Shown one piece after another: positions 44,501 through 53,295 of a stretch of DNA of 64,000 nucleotides. The notes beneath the pieces were generated by a model. The model saw only the letters and a list, made by a program, of their open reading frames with translations, did not search any database and was not told where the DNA came from. Source of the stretch: a virus; IMG/VR virus record IMGVR_UViG_3300002835_000068, positions 1 through 64,000 of that record, one strand, 5' to 3'. Each line of letters opens with the position of its first letter. Within the stretch, counting starts at the first letter, position 1. The position numbers and the translations under genes were made by a program.

Positions 44501-44935
44501 AAAAAGCAGGTTGATCCAAATCCAGGAATTAAACCAGGAACAGGAGTTTACTCTGGAAGTACGTTTATACCAGCACAAAAACTTGTTCCAGGAACAGGTG
44601 TGTATGTTGGCAGCAAGTTTGTTCCCCCACAGTATAAATCTAAGGGAGGACTAATATCTGGAGTGTTGGGGAATAGCACATTTGCTCGTGGCACAGATAC
44701 AGTTCCTGCAATGCTTACTCCAGGAGAGTTTGTGATGAGCAAGTATGCTGTGCAGTCTTATGGTTTAGAAAAAATGAAGTCAATTAATAATGGATCATCA
44801 GTTGGCGACTCAGTGTATAATTATAGTATTAATGTTAATGTAGAGTCAGAAGCAAACCCTGATGAAATTGCAAGGGTTGTTATGACACAAATACGAAGCG
44901 TTGAATCACAAAAACTTAGGGGGACTAGAATCTAA
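35585..44935 (+). CDS. Tape measure protein (3116 aa)
   Basis: TP901-type TMP core (NFGKNTQWAGRQL, AVENQT, GANALKS), Ala-rich helical, TTG start after GAGGTG. Confidence 0.92.
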   Translation: MADVNANIGINFDTSNALAQLRQLQAGLSRFNQSLTQGNVAAMNAQKGLNSQLMQAINATGKFVATQKEVATSTSSFTSALEKNQLSMREYFRYTVAAATANTKTFKGMFAQEREIINRARKDRVKLLQSQYIQMQAANGDMIKVLQVIPKHLQMAGGKYTDYATRMQMAAQRQQFLNQLLKQGSTQLLNFGKNTQWAGRQLMVGLTIPLSILGSTAAKTFMEMEQAVLKFTRVYGDMTTSGDATNKAVADIQRLGKEFTKYGIAVKDTMEMAASAAAMGLTGDALSAQVVQATRLSVLGQVEQQQALETTISLTNAFGLATEELAGKINFLNAVENQTVLSIEDLTIAIPKAGPVVKQLGGNVEDLAFFMTAMKEGGINASEGANALKSGLASMINPSKKSAEFLAELGINIKGIVNNNAGDLKGTVVGFARALDTLDPLNRARAIEQLFGKFQFARLSTLFQNVTKDSSQAARALGLAGASVEELAILSERELKRIEDSTGAKFKKAMENLKTQLVPVGKAFLEAVTPIVAFAGKILEKFNGLGDGTKKVITIMIGVIGGLAPVALMTFGILANGVANLIKFFAMLRGGIAKLNGQNNVLGGGFDYLTNQQIENLAETNALHTSHSQLISTFNVEKAAVDSLAAAYSNASSQARALASNSPGLFNTVPGPAGAVAGLPPKKFATGGVVPGSGNRDTVPALLTPGEVVITKQTAKENPELVAALQNGSVMKYSKGTGKSPFSSDIIAKLFEQLGLNSQTDRLRMPVGVLEKKYSAAGNLAPKEVNHGKNAAGEMGQDPDYLQSEFGRDSMDENIRVPLEKAGASAERASEVLVELESTLDEMVLAYDGTTSSWQTASDKALKAIEERTDLTNKEKEIIRQRIAPKKAQDFIIPSNPVVDVKPGRDGKPGEATMRDERTTEAYYAAEQKKRLKAKHPELSDDIDSMEFSHYPGSESMYGGRSNVESPVVNRTTVGPDGKTSKERLPLSEEQLAIIAKKRAEVEDYRIPKQEAELASIAPKIEASAEDKARAEAEGAKVGAAAADGVRGPQGTDAGSPSKKGIKAGREVADGIVQGMQEGEAAVSAQSSRLGSSAVPTAAETQAKVDKMDLGNKAFYDDIDTPEMRDERQILKSQDRQRRKLGATGTVGGSSSASTSSSATVSLTGRTEAAAEQLAVSTEQAATAQSQVVQQIKDESRSRVTVKGNTINIGKAREEADRLSNEASNAEASAAKLRTEAAKWEEVAAREDGKNIYTAENARALKKQADEAEIKAAELRIKAAEADIQATQLENGSATPNEIVANGTAEQGDGLRRIVDDTETTAESSEVVAGQTEELASVTQDAVNAQTENATNLSTGAQITNATTGNLNDVLQATDQTGFAQQDLAESSTNVANINEQIEAEKQRELERLKKYNAEQAALQAAENGIVPPGSQSQNDLNKNRMGSVEAYEEASNYTRDKNGHILFDPELDKDGKRQPTTLTESQIKKKKRGMRREKVGKFSGKVSGAAGTAAMVAGMAGAPPAVTAGLGAVATVAQFAPMIAGMTGPQGIVAALAAVAIGAYALNKKLEGTAIAIAKFTRSTTVSADMLKKIGEQTGKVGASELMNKRRGEGQLNTYVEVNRKSTMESAQFLEGEAGKALQNAFVANATKNGTQVAAEQFALQIAAAISDGTIAPELGQDIATQMGINLKDSVAGVRINLELRKLIGPNGEDLAKDPLEVRARIAQRSASLSEELVRKVNSKDRSEVGGNSKLSMFGTLGLIGAASGSDKTAALAVAGSSAIETAQAQADAMSMYYDEQLKTLKNELVATTNKEKQLEIQEKIVAMTKEQEAGMARLNNLVAAQISRQTSYASDIINQNKSKLFTGNNFLNDAARRQDAFFDAQKADVKAKYKGTAQEASAQRVLDLGARADEDKSFANKNEGRTFEAKINFLMQSGQMQPEQIETMMKIFKGDLKKMDTVLAVGMRLHGGAKMAELAGMLSGVDKKTAKRIMIQMSRKNPEEFDRVGKAIAVLQRSDGLEVDMQATIDTIGMPGLVELSNKLAALEALPDPIEKEAIIKFGIDNNVDMQGIIDNWDYYSKLKPEVRKEAFETYTTLFTTATSFKTQAEKDAWVKLQAENAAILKGDKGSAKYTAEYNTVIRLLTLDANGKPLPLNDFKAAAAWANKGVEAIFGSDPTIASKPGGPLDGGDKGSKKNPLDFLEELAMRIKNVRDGAFDATQPLKSMLAALNSKKAKKDISSLMDVFDGLQQRMLKMKVPKEFRDMIMGMSAEDFKAIANLKNEKAIFKFKKGKPRTKANIEGLTKTGDGLMRFYREAQIGEAQLVNKETVSEIADKEKAFRMLIASGVSATDALKHVEDAAVAAAIAAGTLGKEGSPERKAYIDDLKKASSELERFALRQKMIQANEEFKLLEQMPKLMTAMKAAGMSADQMAAALEDPALAKHLIEDLKDGKVDAKEIADFLNSIEAKKIIDIQVKYNAGKYGEAAQPGIDAAERLFAALESGIRNGVEGFSSPQNKIDVATIQKNNKLIAEAELKAAGFRHQIELINREIRGMERDIEMNYTRPIEEASEKISDMERELEMNPIFGNRAIGKLNDENTKLSNDLAIMANQAEKINERYDKQAEALQKVADINDGIIAQQQSQLDLADALTQGDISAAARAMQASRADQASRNQEGVMDALEQARTNELDGLRGAESGLSQLQISERQFVISQEIYKMENNPERLKIMADILALQDKIYDFEEGREAALLKIRDKEDAIYKINKEQLWPLEDSIADMQHQNDLAQRRLDIDVSNLTVLGKSRDQFEKIKAEIELSEVAAQNLTAVFGGMLAAIEAIRAKWAEVIAAIAAAQNAAAAQVVADGIKANADAAAEEVAADAAAAVDGSAGSKSDSAADAYAAALAKGHFESAAKAAAGVSPSKLALAESGAIGAASIASQLAAAQARLSASTTTSKPTPKPTPKPTPKPTPTPTPKKQVDPNPGIKPGTGVYSGSTFIPAQKLVPGTGVYVGSKFVPPQYKSKGGLISGVLGNSTFARGTDTVPAMLTPGEFVMSKYAVQSYGLEKMKSINNGSSVGDSVYNYSINVNVESEANPDEIARVVMTQIRSVESQKLRGTRI

Positions 44936-45591
44936 TGGCAACTAACAATTACATGTCTGGAAGAAAGAAGTATTCTAGACCACAGGCAATGCTATTTGCT
45001 GATAACCCTGGAACAAAGGTTGATGGTTTCTACATCCCAGACGGCAGTGAAATAGGGTCCTATACAGCCTCTGAAGGCTCCAATGGCGAGTTTTTAATAC
45101 TTTCGGATGATAACAGATCAGACATTAATTTTAAGCCTACCAGAATTGAAAAAAGAGAAAGAATGATTAATGGCCGAATGAGGTCATATCATATTGCAGA
45201 TAAACTACAGATAACAGCATCCTGGGATATGCTCCCATCAAGAGCATATGATACCAAGGCAGACTTTGATGCTAATGGAAATGCAGATATGCTTAAGACC
45301 GCATCAAGGACAAACCCTTTAGAGTTTACAACAGATGGCGGAGCAGGCGGAGTAGAACTTCTTAATTGGTATGAAAATCACAGAGGTTCTTTCTGGGTAT
45401 ATCTTTCTTACGATAAGTATACAAATTTTGAAGATACAGACACTAGCGAGATAGATAATAGATTTAATAATATTAATAAGTATAATGAGATAGTAGAAGT
45501 TTTTTTCTCAGACTTTAGTTATTCAGTTGTAAAAAGAAGCGGTTTAAACTTTGACTTTTGGAATGTGTCTCTTACACTGGAAGAGGCATAA
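44935..45591 (+). CDS. Distal tail protein-like
   Basis: Immediately after TMP; RMINGRMR, VSLTLEE end. Confidence 0.6.
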   Translation: MATNNYMSGRKKYSRPQAMLFADNPGTKVDGFYIPDGSEIGSYTASEGSNGEFLILSDDNRSDINFKPTRIEKRERMINGRMRSYHIADKLQITASWDMLPSRAYDTKADFDANGNADMLKTASRTNPLEFTTDGGAGGVELLNWYENHRGSFWVYLSYDKYTNFEDTDTSEIDNRFNNINKYNEIVEVFFSDFSYSVVKRSGLNFDFWNVSLTLEEA

Positions 45592-48500
45592 TGTTTCAAG
45601 ACAAAGATTTATTAAATTATATAGAGACAAACTCTTCAGTTCAAACAAGATCATCAGTAATTGCTGAATGGAACATGAATATAGCATCAAACATTAAGAT
45701 GGTTGGAAACTATAGATACAGACCAACCCAGCAGGATTCTGCATACAGAACAATTCCAAATACTTTTGATCCATTAGAATCTAGTACAAACGGTGTAAAA
45801 TATTACACTGGTGCAACAGATGCAGACATAAAAATAGATGGTGGATTTGATGACGAAGGTATTCCAACATCCTTGTATCCAGCAAAAGATAAAATGAAGA
45901 TGCTGTACTCTTTAGAAAATTGTTTTTCATATCAACGTCCACGCAGCGGAATCAATAAGGCAACATACCTTAATGGTAAATTTTTACATAATCCAAATAT
46001 CAATATGGCCAAGAGACCAAGATACTATATGCCAGATAAAAAGGATCCATTTAAATACTGGACATCTTTTAGAACAGAAAGTGGTATTGAGTATGGAGTT
46101 GCCAACAAGACAGTAAATGGAAAGAATAGAATAGAAGATGCTTGCCCATTCGTGGTTTATAAAGAGCAGATACCAGCAAACAGAATAGTTGTAAAGATGC
46201 AAACAAATACTGGGGAGTTGGACTATGGAATATTCTCAAACTCTGCTGAAACATTTTTAGATCCCTACTTTGGAGAAAACAATAGAACTACGCCTAACAA
46301 CTGGAAAATTCAAGTATTAAAAAATAATAGTTGGGTAGACGCTAAGTCTTTTTCTAGCAGTGACAAAAGAAAAGACGGTACAGCAATCATAGGATCTGAT
46401 GGATACGTAGAATTGTCTTATGGATTAATAGTTCCAGTCGCATACTCAGATACATTTAATTTTATTAAAGAGATTTCCTCTGTACTACTAAGGCCAGAGT
46501 CTGCAAATGAAGGAGATGCATTTTTGGTTGTACCAAATAGTACATCTTTAGGTACATTCCACATATGGAGTAGGGGTGCCTGGAAAACCTTTACACCAAC
46601 ATACGGGTGGTCCCTTGAAGATTCAGTTGTCAGTGGACTCACAAGTTTTGTAACAGATCTAACAAACCCACCATCTTTTGTTGCTAATAATGTTACAAAA
46701 TATAAAGAGTTTGAATATATTTCTGGCATCAGAATAGTTGTTGACTCAATGAATAAGTTTGATTCTACTTTTGATTTAATTGAAATATCTCCAAGGCTAA
46801 CAGCAGACTTAAGCGATAGGGTAATGAAATACTCTGTAAACAAGAGTGCTTCTGATTTAGGAGTAAGCGGATTGCCAGTAGGACAACTACTCGCCTCAAC
46901 AGGATCGATTTCACTATTTGATTTTGACGATGCTTTTCATTCAGATAACCCAACAAGCATAATTAGTAGATATGTTTCAAAAAACATTCAAATAAAACTA
47001 TATGAAGTTATAACAGATACACAGGGCATTGAATACTACATGCCAATAAAAACGATGTACGCAGATGGGTTTCCAAAACTAAATAATCAATCAAAAGAAG
47101 TTTCAATAGAACTTAGAGATTTATATTTTTATTTTGAATCACAGACTGCACCACAAATGCTACTGACTAATGCCTCTGTAAGTTCTGCAGTTTCTATACT
47201 TCTTGATTCAATAGGATTTTCTAATTATGTTTTTAAAAGAGTAGAGGGCGAATCAGAAGTAATAATACCATACTTTTTTATTCCTCCAGAAAAAAGTGTT
47301 GCAAAGGTTTTAGAGGATATTGCCATATCAACTCAGACTGCAATGTTTTTTGATGAATACAATAACTTTGTTATGATGAGCAAAGATTATATAATGCCGT
47401 CATTAGATCAAAGACCAACAGACCTTACGCTTTATGGAACTACAGACTTTAGTGATGATGGAGTATTAAAAAATAAAAAATCAAATAGCAAACTTTCTAA
47501 TATTATAGAAATAACATCACAAGATAATGAAGTGTATAACGATGGGAAAATTGTATATACAACAAGATATATACAGAGATCTCTAGGAAGCATAAAGCAG
47601 GCAAGCCTTATAGATAATGAAAAAACTTGGATATACAAGCCAGTGCTTCTTTGGGAAGTTCAGGGAACTCAAAATACAAAATCTATCAATGGCGAAGTTG
47701 GAAACCAATCAACATATATGCTAAGTGCAATACCATTAAACTCAAACCTTTCTGAAAGTTTACCATCTGTAAAAAATAATAGGCTTGTAGACAATATAAT
47801 GGACCTTGGAGAAGGAGTTTACTGGATAACTAGGTATAACGGATACTTCTACTCAAACGGAGAAATTATTAAGTATGATGCGGTTCAGTACAATATTTCT
47901 GGTACTGGAGATGTCTGGATCAATAATGTTCAAGAGTACGATAAGTATTTTTCATCTTTGCCGTTTAATGGAAAGATATATCCAACAGGACTAGTTAGAA
48001 TTTATGCAGAGCCAAATTACGAAGAAATTTCTGGTGTATATAAACTTAAGAATGGTCCAGTTTCAAAGCATGGAAGAGGTCAGTTCGGAACGCCAGTTTC
48101 TGAGCATGGGGCAGGTTTAAACCCTTATTGGTCAAACAATTCTAATGTTCGTGGATGCACGATGCAGTCAAAGTACTTATTTGATTTAAACCAAACAGCA
48201 CCTGTAACTACTGTTGGCCCAGCAGGAATAAACAATACTCTTGCACAAAAAACATCAAGAAATGGTATTATAAAAAACTTCTTAGCATCAAAATATATCT
48301 CTGAGTCAGAAGTAAACGGAATGCTATCTACACAGGCAGGTACTGTACAGTCTTCGGCTTTAGTCATGAACGGTCCAGGGTTTACTACAACAGAGTCGCC
48401 AGTTGATTTTGTTTCTTACGTTTATAAAAAATTAGAAAACAAGTATAAGCATTTTGGGACTAGAATGAGAATTGTAGGCAAGGTTGAAAATGATGCAAAT

Positions 48501-49868
48501 CGTGGACAAACTCCAGTAGGTGCATCAACATACTTTACTGTTCCAGGGACAACTCCAGAAAAAAGTATCAGTATCGTTGGAGGTTCTGGAGGGTTAGCAG
48601 TAATGATTAACCCAGAAAGTAATAACGGATACTACTTTGAAATTATCGCTTTGGGTGCCAACAACCTTAATGAGTCTGAGAAAAAAAATGTAAACAACGT
48701 AATGTTTTACAAGGTTAAGGCATCTGGAACTAATGCAATTCCTATCAAGTTGTATGAAGGACTAACAAATATTGTTGTAGACGATGGAAGATTTACTGGT
48801 CAATACAGAATGTCAACAGAAGAAAACCCAACAGTCTTTGACCTGTCCGTTGAGTACCAAGATATTGGAACAAGAAGAAGGTTTTTCTTATATATAAATA
48901 ACAATCTAATTGCAACAGTTGACGACGAAGAGCCATTGCCAGCATACAACAATATGGCCCTTTTTGTTCGTGGATCATCTAGGGTAATGTTTGAAAATAT
49001 ATATGCACTTGCAAATAATTACTCGCAAAATACTGCATTTAAGATTAATGCTCCAATAGCCTCAGCCTTTGGTGATTCTGAAATAAATGCAAACGATTCA
49101 TTTATGAAGTATGCGATGAGTGGTGTCGTGCAAGGAACTTATCTTGCAGGAATAAGTTCTGCCGAGCCACCTGCATTTAGTATGTACTTTGAAGAGTTTG
49201 GAACAATAATGAGAGAGGCTGCATCATTTAATATTAAGTATGACAAGGCCTATCCAGCACTATACGCAAAACTCTCTCCTACATTTAACAGAATTAAAGG
49301 CTATTCAATTTCTGGATTTACAGCGGGATCATACGGAGCAGAGTTTTTAGTTTTTAACTCAACAGACACTGCCTTAAGTTTAGATGAAAGTAGTGGAAAT
49401 TACTTAAGAATTCAGGGAATTGCTTTTAGCCAGCAATCTGACAACGACTTAACAGTTGATGAGTATTTTGCAAAGAATAGTAATTTGGCAGATCCAGAGA
49501 CCATTGATTCATCTTTAGTCTCATACCCATTTAAAGTTGCAAAAGATTATGAGGATATAAAATTAAGCCGTATGTCTTACGGCAAAAAAGACTTTAGTCT
49601 AGAAGTTCCATATATTCAGTCTCATGACGCAGCAGAAAACCTAATGTCTTGGGTTATTAAAAAAATAATGAAACCAAGAAGATCGATGGGTGTTAAGATA
49701 TTTGCAAACCCTATGATCCAACTTGGAGATATTGTTTCCGTAGACTATGTTGATAATGGTATAGATATGGTTTCATCAGTAGAAAAACGATTTGTTGTGT
49801 ATAATATAGAGTATGCAAGAGAAAACGATGGTCCAACAATGACAGTATTTTTAAGTGAGGTCGTTTAA
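45591..49868 (+). CDS. Large tail tip/baseplate hub protein
   Basis: MFFDEYNNF, NPMIQLGDIV tail-protein motifs; TAATG coupling. Confidence 0.7.
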   Translation: MFQDKDLLNYIETNSSVQTRSSVIAEWNMNIASNIKMVGNYRYRPTQQDSAYRTIPNTFDPLESSTNGVKYYTGATDADIKIDGGFDDEGIPTSLYPAKDKMKMLYSLENCFSYQRPRSGINKATYLNGKFLHNPNINMAKRPRYYMPDKKDPFKYWTSFRTESGIEYGVANKTVNGKNRIEDACPFVVYKEQIPANRIVVKMQTNTGELDYGIFSNSAETFLDPYFGENNRTTPNNWKIQVLKNNSWVDAKSFSSSDKRKDGTAIIGSDGYVELSYGLIVPVAYSDTFNFIKEISSVLLRPESANEGDAFLVVPNSTSLGTFHIWSRGAWKTFTPTYGWSLEDSVVSGLTSFVTDLTNPPSFVANNVTKYKEFEYISGIRIVVDSMNKFDSTFDLIEISPRLTADLSDRVMKYSVNKSASDLGVSGLPVGQLLASTGSISLFDFDDAFHSDNPTSIISRYVSKNIQIKLYEVITDTQGIEYYMPIKTMYADGFPKLNNQSKEVSIELRDLYFYFESQTAPQMLLTNASVSSAVSILLDSIGFSNYVFKRVEGESEVIIPYFFIPPEKSVAKVLEDIAISTQTAMFFDEYNNFVMMSKDYIMPSLDQRPTDLTLYGTTDFSDDGVLKNKKSNSKLSNIIEITSQDNEVYNDGKIVYTTRYIQRSLGSIKQASLIDNEKTWIYKPVLLWEVQGTQNTKSINGEVGNQSTYMLSAIPLNSNLSESLPSVKNNRLVDNIMDLGEGVYWITRYNGYFYSNGEIIKYDAVQYNISGTGDVWINNVQEYDKYFSSLPFNGKIYPTGLVRIYAEPNYEEISGVYKLKNGPVSKHGRGQFGTPVSEHGAGLNPYWSNNSNVRGCTMQSKYLFDLNQTAPVTTVGPAGINNTLAQKTSRNGIIKNFLASKYISESEVNGMLSTQAGTVQSSALVMNGPGFTTTESPVDFVSYVYKKLENKYKHFGTRMRIVGKVENDANRGQTPVGASTYFTVPGTTPEKSISIVGGSGGLAVMINPESNNGYYFEIIALGANNLNESEKKNVNNVMFYKVKASGTNAIPIKLYEGLTNIVVDDGRFTGQYRMSTEENPTVFDLSVEYQDIGTRRRFFLYINNNLIATVDDEEPLPAYNNMALFVRGSSRVMFENIYALANNYSQNTAFKINAPIASAFGDSEINANDSFMKYAMSGVVQGTYLAGISSAEPPAFSMYFEEFGTIMREAASFNIKYDKAYPALYAKLSPTFNRIKGYSISGFTAGSYGAEFLVFNSTDTALSLDESSGNYLRIQGIAFSQQSDNDLTVDEYFAKNSNLADPETIDSSLVSYPFKVAKDYEDIKLSRMSYGKKDFSLEVPYIQSHDAAENLMSWVIKKIMKPRRSMGVKIFANPMIQLGDIVSVDYVDNGIDMVSSVEKRFVVYNIEYARENDGPTMTVFLSEVV

Positions 49869-50362
49869 TGACAACGGATTCAGTAGCAAATCAATCAAAG
49901 CCAGACATAAAGTCATCCTCTTTAGCATCAGTTAAGTCTGCAACGCCAGAACTAATTGCTTTGAGCAATCCTCCAATGGACATAGACATCATGGCAGATA
50001 TGATTTTTGAAAATATTGGGGGACAAGAATTAATAAATATATCAAGAAGTGACACAATCAATGGCCAAGATGTAATCTATAGCCCTTTAAAAAACCTTAA
50101 AGATCTGTATATTCAGTACAACCCTAATAATATAATAAAACTAGAAAGCACTGCAGATACATACTTTAAGAATTTTCCAATAAGGCTAGAGTCAAAGTTA
50201 CCTCCTTACGGGACAGGGCCAAGTGGAGAGGTTGTATATTTAGACCCCGTTACTGGAGATCTTGTCATAAATGTTTCTTCCCTTGACCCTGATGAGCAGG
50301 TTGATGTTCAGATACTAAACAGTGGAGAGACACTTAATGGTACAATATATGGTGAGGTATAA
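49868..50362 (+). CDS. Tail-associated hypothetical protein
   Basis: Coupled to upstream gene. Confidence 0.6.
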   Translation: MTTDSVANQSKPDIKSSSLASVKSATPELIALSNPPMDIDIMADMIFENIGGQELINISRSDTINGQDVIYSPLKNLKDLYIQYNPNNIIKLESTADTYFKNFPIRLESKLPPYGTGPSGEVVYLDPVTGDLVINVSSLDPDEQVDVQILNSGETLNGTIYGEV

Positions 50363-50365
50363 AAA

Positions 50366-51502
50366 ATGATAACTAATACAGGTAAGAATATTTTAGCCAA
50401 ATATCTTGTTGGACAGGCCCCAGCATATGCATCATACATTGCTATTGGCTGTGGAGCAAAACCACTACCTGCTGATGGAGTTCTTGGAGACTACTCTGCA
50501 AAAAAATCTTTAGATTTTGAAATGTTTCGTGTACCAATAACATCTCGTGGATATGTTACTGAAAACGGACAATCAAAAATTGTTTTTACAGCAGAACTTC
50601 CAACAGCAGAAAGATATGAGATAACTGAAGTAGGCGTTTGGTCAGCAGGGGCAAACCCAACTGCAGGATCCTATGATAGCAAAACAATATATTCTTTTAG
50701 CGGAACAGAAAACTGGGAATACCATAACCAAAATGGTGCTGTAGCAATTCTTCCAATTTATGAACCATTAGACTCAGGATCAAATCCTCCTAACAATATT
50801 ATCAGTACAAGTAGTCAAGTTTTTCAAACTAACGCAGATAATAGAATTTTTACAAATCAGGAAAGATCGTCACGGTATGAAAGATGTAGATTCTTAAACA
50901 ATATTATGGTTATAAGAGGAGACATGACAAACCTGTCACTTACTAGCGGAGTTGTTGGTGTTCCAAATGGGTCAAGTCACATACACTTGACTGGAGCAAA
51001 TGTTGACTTTAATAAAAATGCTCCAACAGATCAACTTAAACTTGCTTTTTCTGTTATAAATAAAGATGGAGAATCAGAGGTACAGCCAGACGAAGTTAGA
51101 ATTGTTGTTGAATTTTCTGATACGGATGAGGCAAACTCTACAAACTCTCAGTATGCAAGGCATCAAATAGTCTTAAAGGATACAGATCCAACTGTTGATT
51201 TTGCAACAGGACGATATTTTGTATCTTCAGTAGAACTTCAAGATTTAATTAAGACATCTGGTTTTACTTGGAACGTTGTAGACACTGTAAAGTTTTATGT
51301 TTCGGTAATAAAAAACAATGTTGCTTCAAGTGACTACTATGTTTGCTTGGATGCTCTAAGACTAGAAAATGTGACATCCTCTAACCCTGTATACGGGCTA
51401 TCTGGATACTCTGTGATAAAAAATTTAAATGCAGAGCCAATAATTAAAAATGCTAATACAACAAATCACATTGAGTTTAGGTTTGGAATGGATGTTCTTT
51501 AA
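50366..51502 (+). CDS. Baseplate/tail fibre attachment protein
   Basis: MITNTGKNILAKYL...YIAIGCG...ITEVGVW. Confidence 0.65.
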   Translation: MITNTGKNILAKYLVGQAPAYASYIAIGCGAKPLPADGVLGDYSAKKSLDFEMFRVPITSRGYVTENGQSKIVFTAELPTAERYEITEVGVWSAGANPTAGSYDSKTIYSFSGTENWEYHNQNGAVAILPIYEPLDSGSNPPNNIISTSSQVFQTNADNRIFTNQERSSRYERCRFLNNIMVIRGDMTNLSLTSGVVGVPNGSSHIHLTGANVDFNKNAPTDQLKLAFSVINKDGESEVQPDEVRIVVEFSDTDEANSTNSQYARHQIVLKDTDPTVDFATGRYFVSSVELQDLIKTSGFTWNVVDTVKFYVSVIKNNVASSDYYVCLDALRLENVTSSNPVYGLSGYSVIKNLNAEPIIKNANTTNHIEFRFGMDVL

Positions 51503-51933
51503 TGTCAAACCCAGTTGTTAAAAAGGTTGTTATAAAAAAAGAAGACCTTCCAGCATTTAATGGAACAGAGCAAAACTATTTAGTTAGATATAGGATAGTG
51601 TCTGAAGACAGAAACAGGACATCTCACTGGTCTCCATACTACTCTGTTACTACTCCAACAGTGGCACAGGTTGCTTGCTCAGTAACTGTTTTATCAAATG
51701 TTATTAACATGGTTTGGCAGAATCCAACATCCACGACATTTCAGCAATACGATGTATATATAAAGACAAATATAGAGGACTGGACCTATCTGTCTAGTTC
51801 TTCTTCAACCCAATTTTCTACACTCGTCCCAACAGGAATATCTTCTTTTCAGGTTGCAGTTCAGGTGCCTACATATCCAAAAAAATATTTCACAAATGCT
51901 GCAATTTTTACATCAACACAGATAGCCGTTTAG
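51502..51933 (+). CDS. Tail-associated protein (FN3-like)
   Basis: YLVRYRIVSED.NRTSHWS. Confidence 0.55.
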   Translation: MSNPVVKKVVIKKEDLPAFNGTEQNYLVRYRIVSEDRNRTSHWSPYYSVTTPTVAQVACSVTVLSNVINMVWQNPTSTTFQQYDVYIKTNIEDWTYLSSSSSTQFSTLVPTGISSFQVAVQVPTYPKKYFTNAAIFTSTQIAV

Positions 51934-51951
51934 TGGTATAATTAATATACT

Positions 51952-52395
51952 ATGGCAAAAATACCTTTACCTGAGCGTGGACAACCACTAGACGTTACAT
52001 ACATTTCTCAGTTAGCCCAAGCAGTTAATGATTTATCATCTGCTATTTCACCAGCAACATATAAGTACACCTCCATTGACACCCCAAATGCTGGAAGACA
52101 AAATATTAAAGGCAGTGAGGCCAGAGTTATCGGAGGATACGTTCGTGTAGTTAATAGCGGAACAATCACTGCTGGAGAAGAAAAATCATTTACATATTCT
52201 TTCCCTGGTGAATTTAAGTACACTCCAATTGCAACAGCAACAGCCATCAACACTGGCAATACAGTTGCTGGCAAAAACGTTACAATTGTTTTAAAAAGCA
52301 TTACAACATCTGGAGTTGAAGGAATTGTAAGATTTAATACATCTGGAGATGTGTCTATTGATGTTAACTTAATTATCATTGGCGTACCTAATTAA
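51952..52395 (+). CDS. Tail tip/fibre protein (H-type lectin-like C-terminus)
   Basis: FPGEFKYTPIATAT...NLIIIG. Confidence 0.55.
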   Translation: MAKIPLPERGQPLDVTYISQLAQAVNDLSSAISPATYKYTSIDTPNAGRQNIKGSEARVIGGYVRVVNSGTITAGEEKSFTYSFPGEFKYTPIATATAINTGNTVAGKNVTIVLKSITTSGVEGIVRFNTSGDVSIDVNLIIIGVPN

Positions 52396-52586
52396 TGCTA
52401 AAGTGTAAAAGATGTAGTGGGAGAATGTTTCTTGATAGACAATACAGTACAGTCGGTCACCTTGAAACCTATTGCATTTCATGTGGATCAAGAAGTTTTT
52501 ATAACCCACCAGAAAGTTCTGCGGAGGGGTCATGGCTGTTAAAAAGGGAAGTATCGAGAGCGAAGGCTACAATGTCCTCCCTGTAA
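52395..52586 (+). CDS. Zinc-ribbon protein
   Basis: CKRC...CISC. Confidence 0.7.
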   Translation: MLKCKRCSGRMFLDRQYSTVGHLETYCISCGSRSFYNPPESSAEGSWLLKREVSRAKATMSSL

Positions 52587-53074
52587 TTCCAGGGAATAAA
52601 AAGGTCTGGTTCTTAAATGGAGACCTTGTAAGAGTACACCACCTAAACAAGTCTAACGGGATCATGTCTGTTTACAATATAACAAAAGATCAGATTGAAA
52701 GTTGTTTAATTTCTGATTTTAAAAAGAAACGTGAAAGAGCATATACTGTTAGAGAGACTGCTGATTTAGTTAATCGCCATAAAAAATATATGCCATCACT
52801 AATGAAACGAGGAGTTATTCCATTTCCAACGGGATCTCAAAAAGGTGGAGCAAGAGGATTTCAGGTAAGATCCTATTACTCAGAATCGCAAGTAAGGGAG
52901 ATTCGTGATATACTTGCTACATACCATATTGGTAGACCAAGAAAAGATAATTTAATAACAAATGATATCACCCCAAGCAAGCAAGAGTTGACACGAAGAA
53001 TGGGCGATGGTATACTTACATATACGAGAACTGAAGATGGTCGATTCATTCCAATCTGGTCTGAATCTATTTAA
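52532..53074 (+). CDS. MerR/Xis-like HTH DNA-binding protein
   Basis: YTVRETADLVNRH...RGVIP...RSYYSESQV. Confidence 0.7.
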   Translation: MAVKKGSIESEGYNVLPVIPGNKKVWFLNGDLVRVHHLNKSNGIMSVYNITKDQIESCLISDFKKKRERAYTVRETADLVNRHKKYMPSLMKRGVIPFPTGSQKGGARGFQVRSYYSESQVREIRDILATYHIGRPRKDNLITNDITPSKQELTRRMGDGILTYTRTEDGRFIPIWSESI

Positions 53075-53082
53075 CGAAGGGT

Positions 53083-53295
53083 ATGAACATGGAAAACGAA
53101 GACACAAAGGTATCTGTAACACTTGGATACACACTTAACCTTGGAAACTTTCAATCACTAAGACTTGATCTTGGAATTGTAGATTCAAGACGTAACGGAG
53201 AAACTGCAGACCAGGCATTTGAACGTGTTTATAAGTTTGTAGAAGATAAGTTAACTGAAAAGATTAACGAAGCAAAGTCTGAAATTAACGAGTAA
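53083..53295 (+). CDS. Conserved phage hypothetical protein
   Basis: LGYTLNLGNFQSLRLD. Confidence 0.7.
   Translation: MNMENEDTKVSVTLGYTLNLGNFQSLRLDLGIVDSRRNGETADQAFERVYKFVEDKLTEKINEAKSEINE

Noticed and set aside
35692-48978. Many minus-strand and alternate-frame ORFs over TMP and tail genes (also 17383-17705 and 28658-29299)
   Set aside because: Shadow ORFs arising from biased codon usage and repeats; no start signals or motifs
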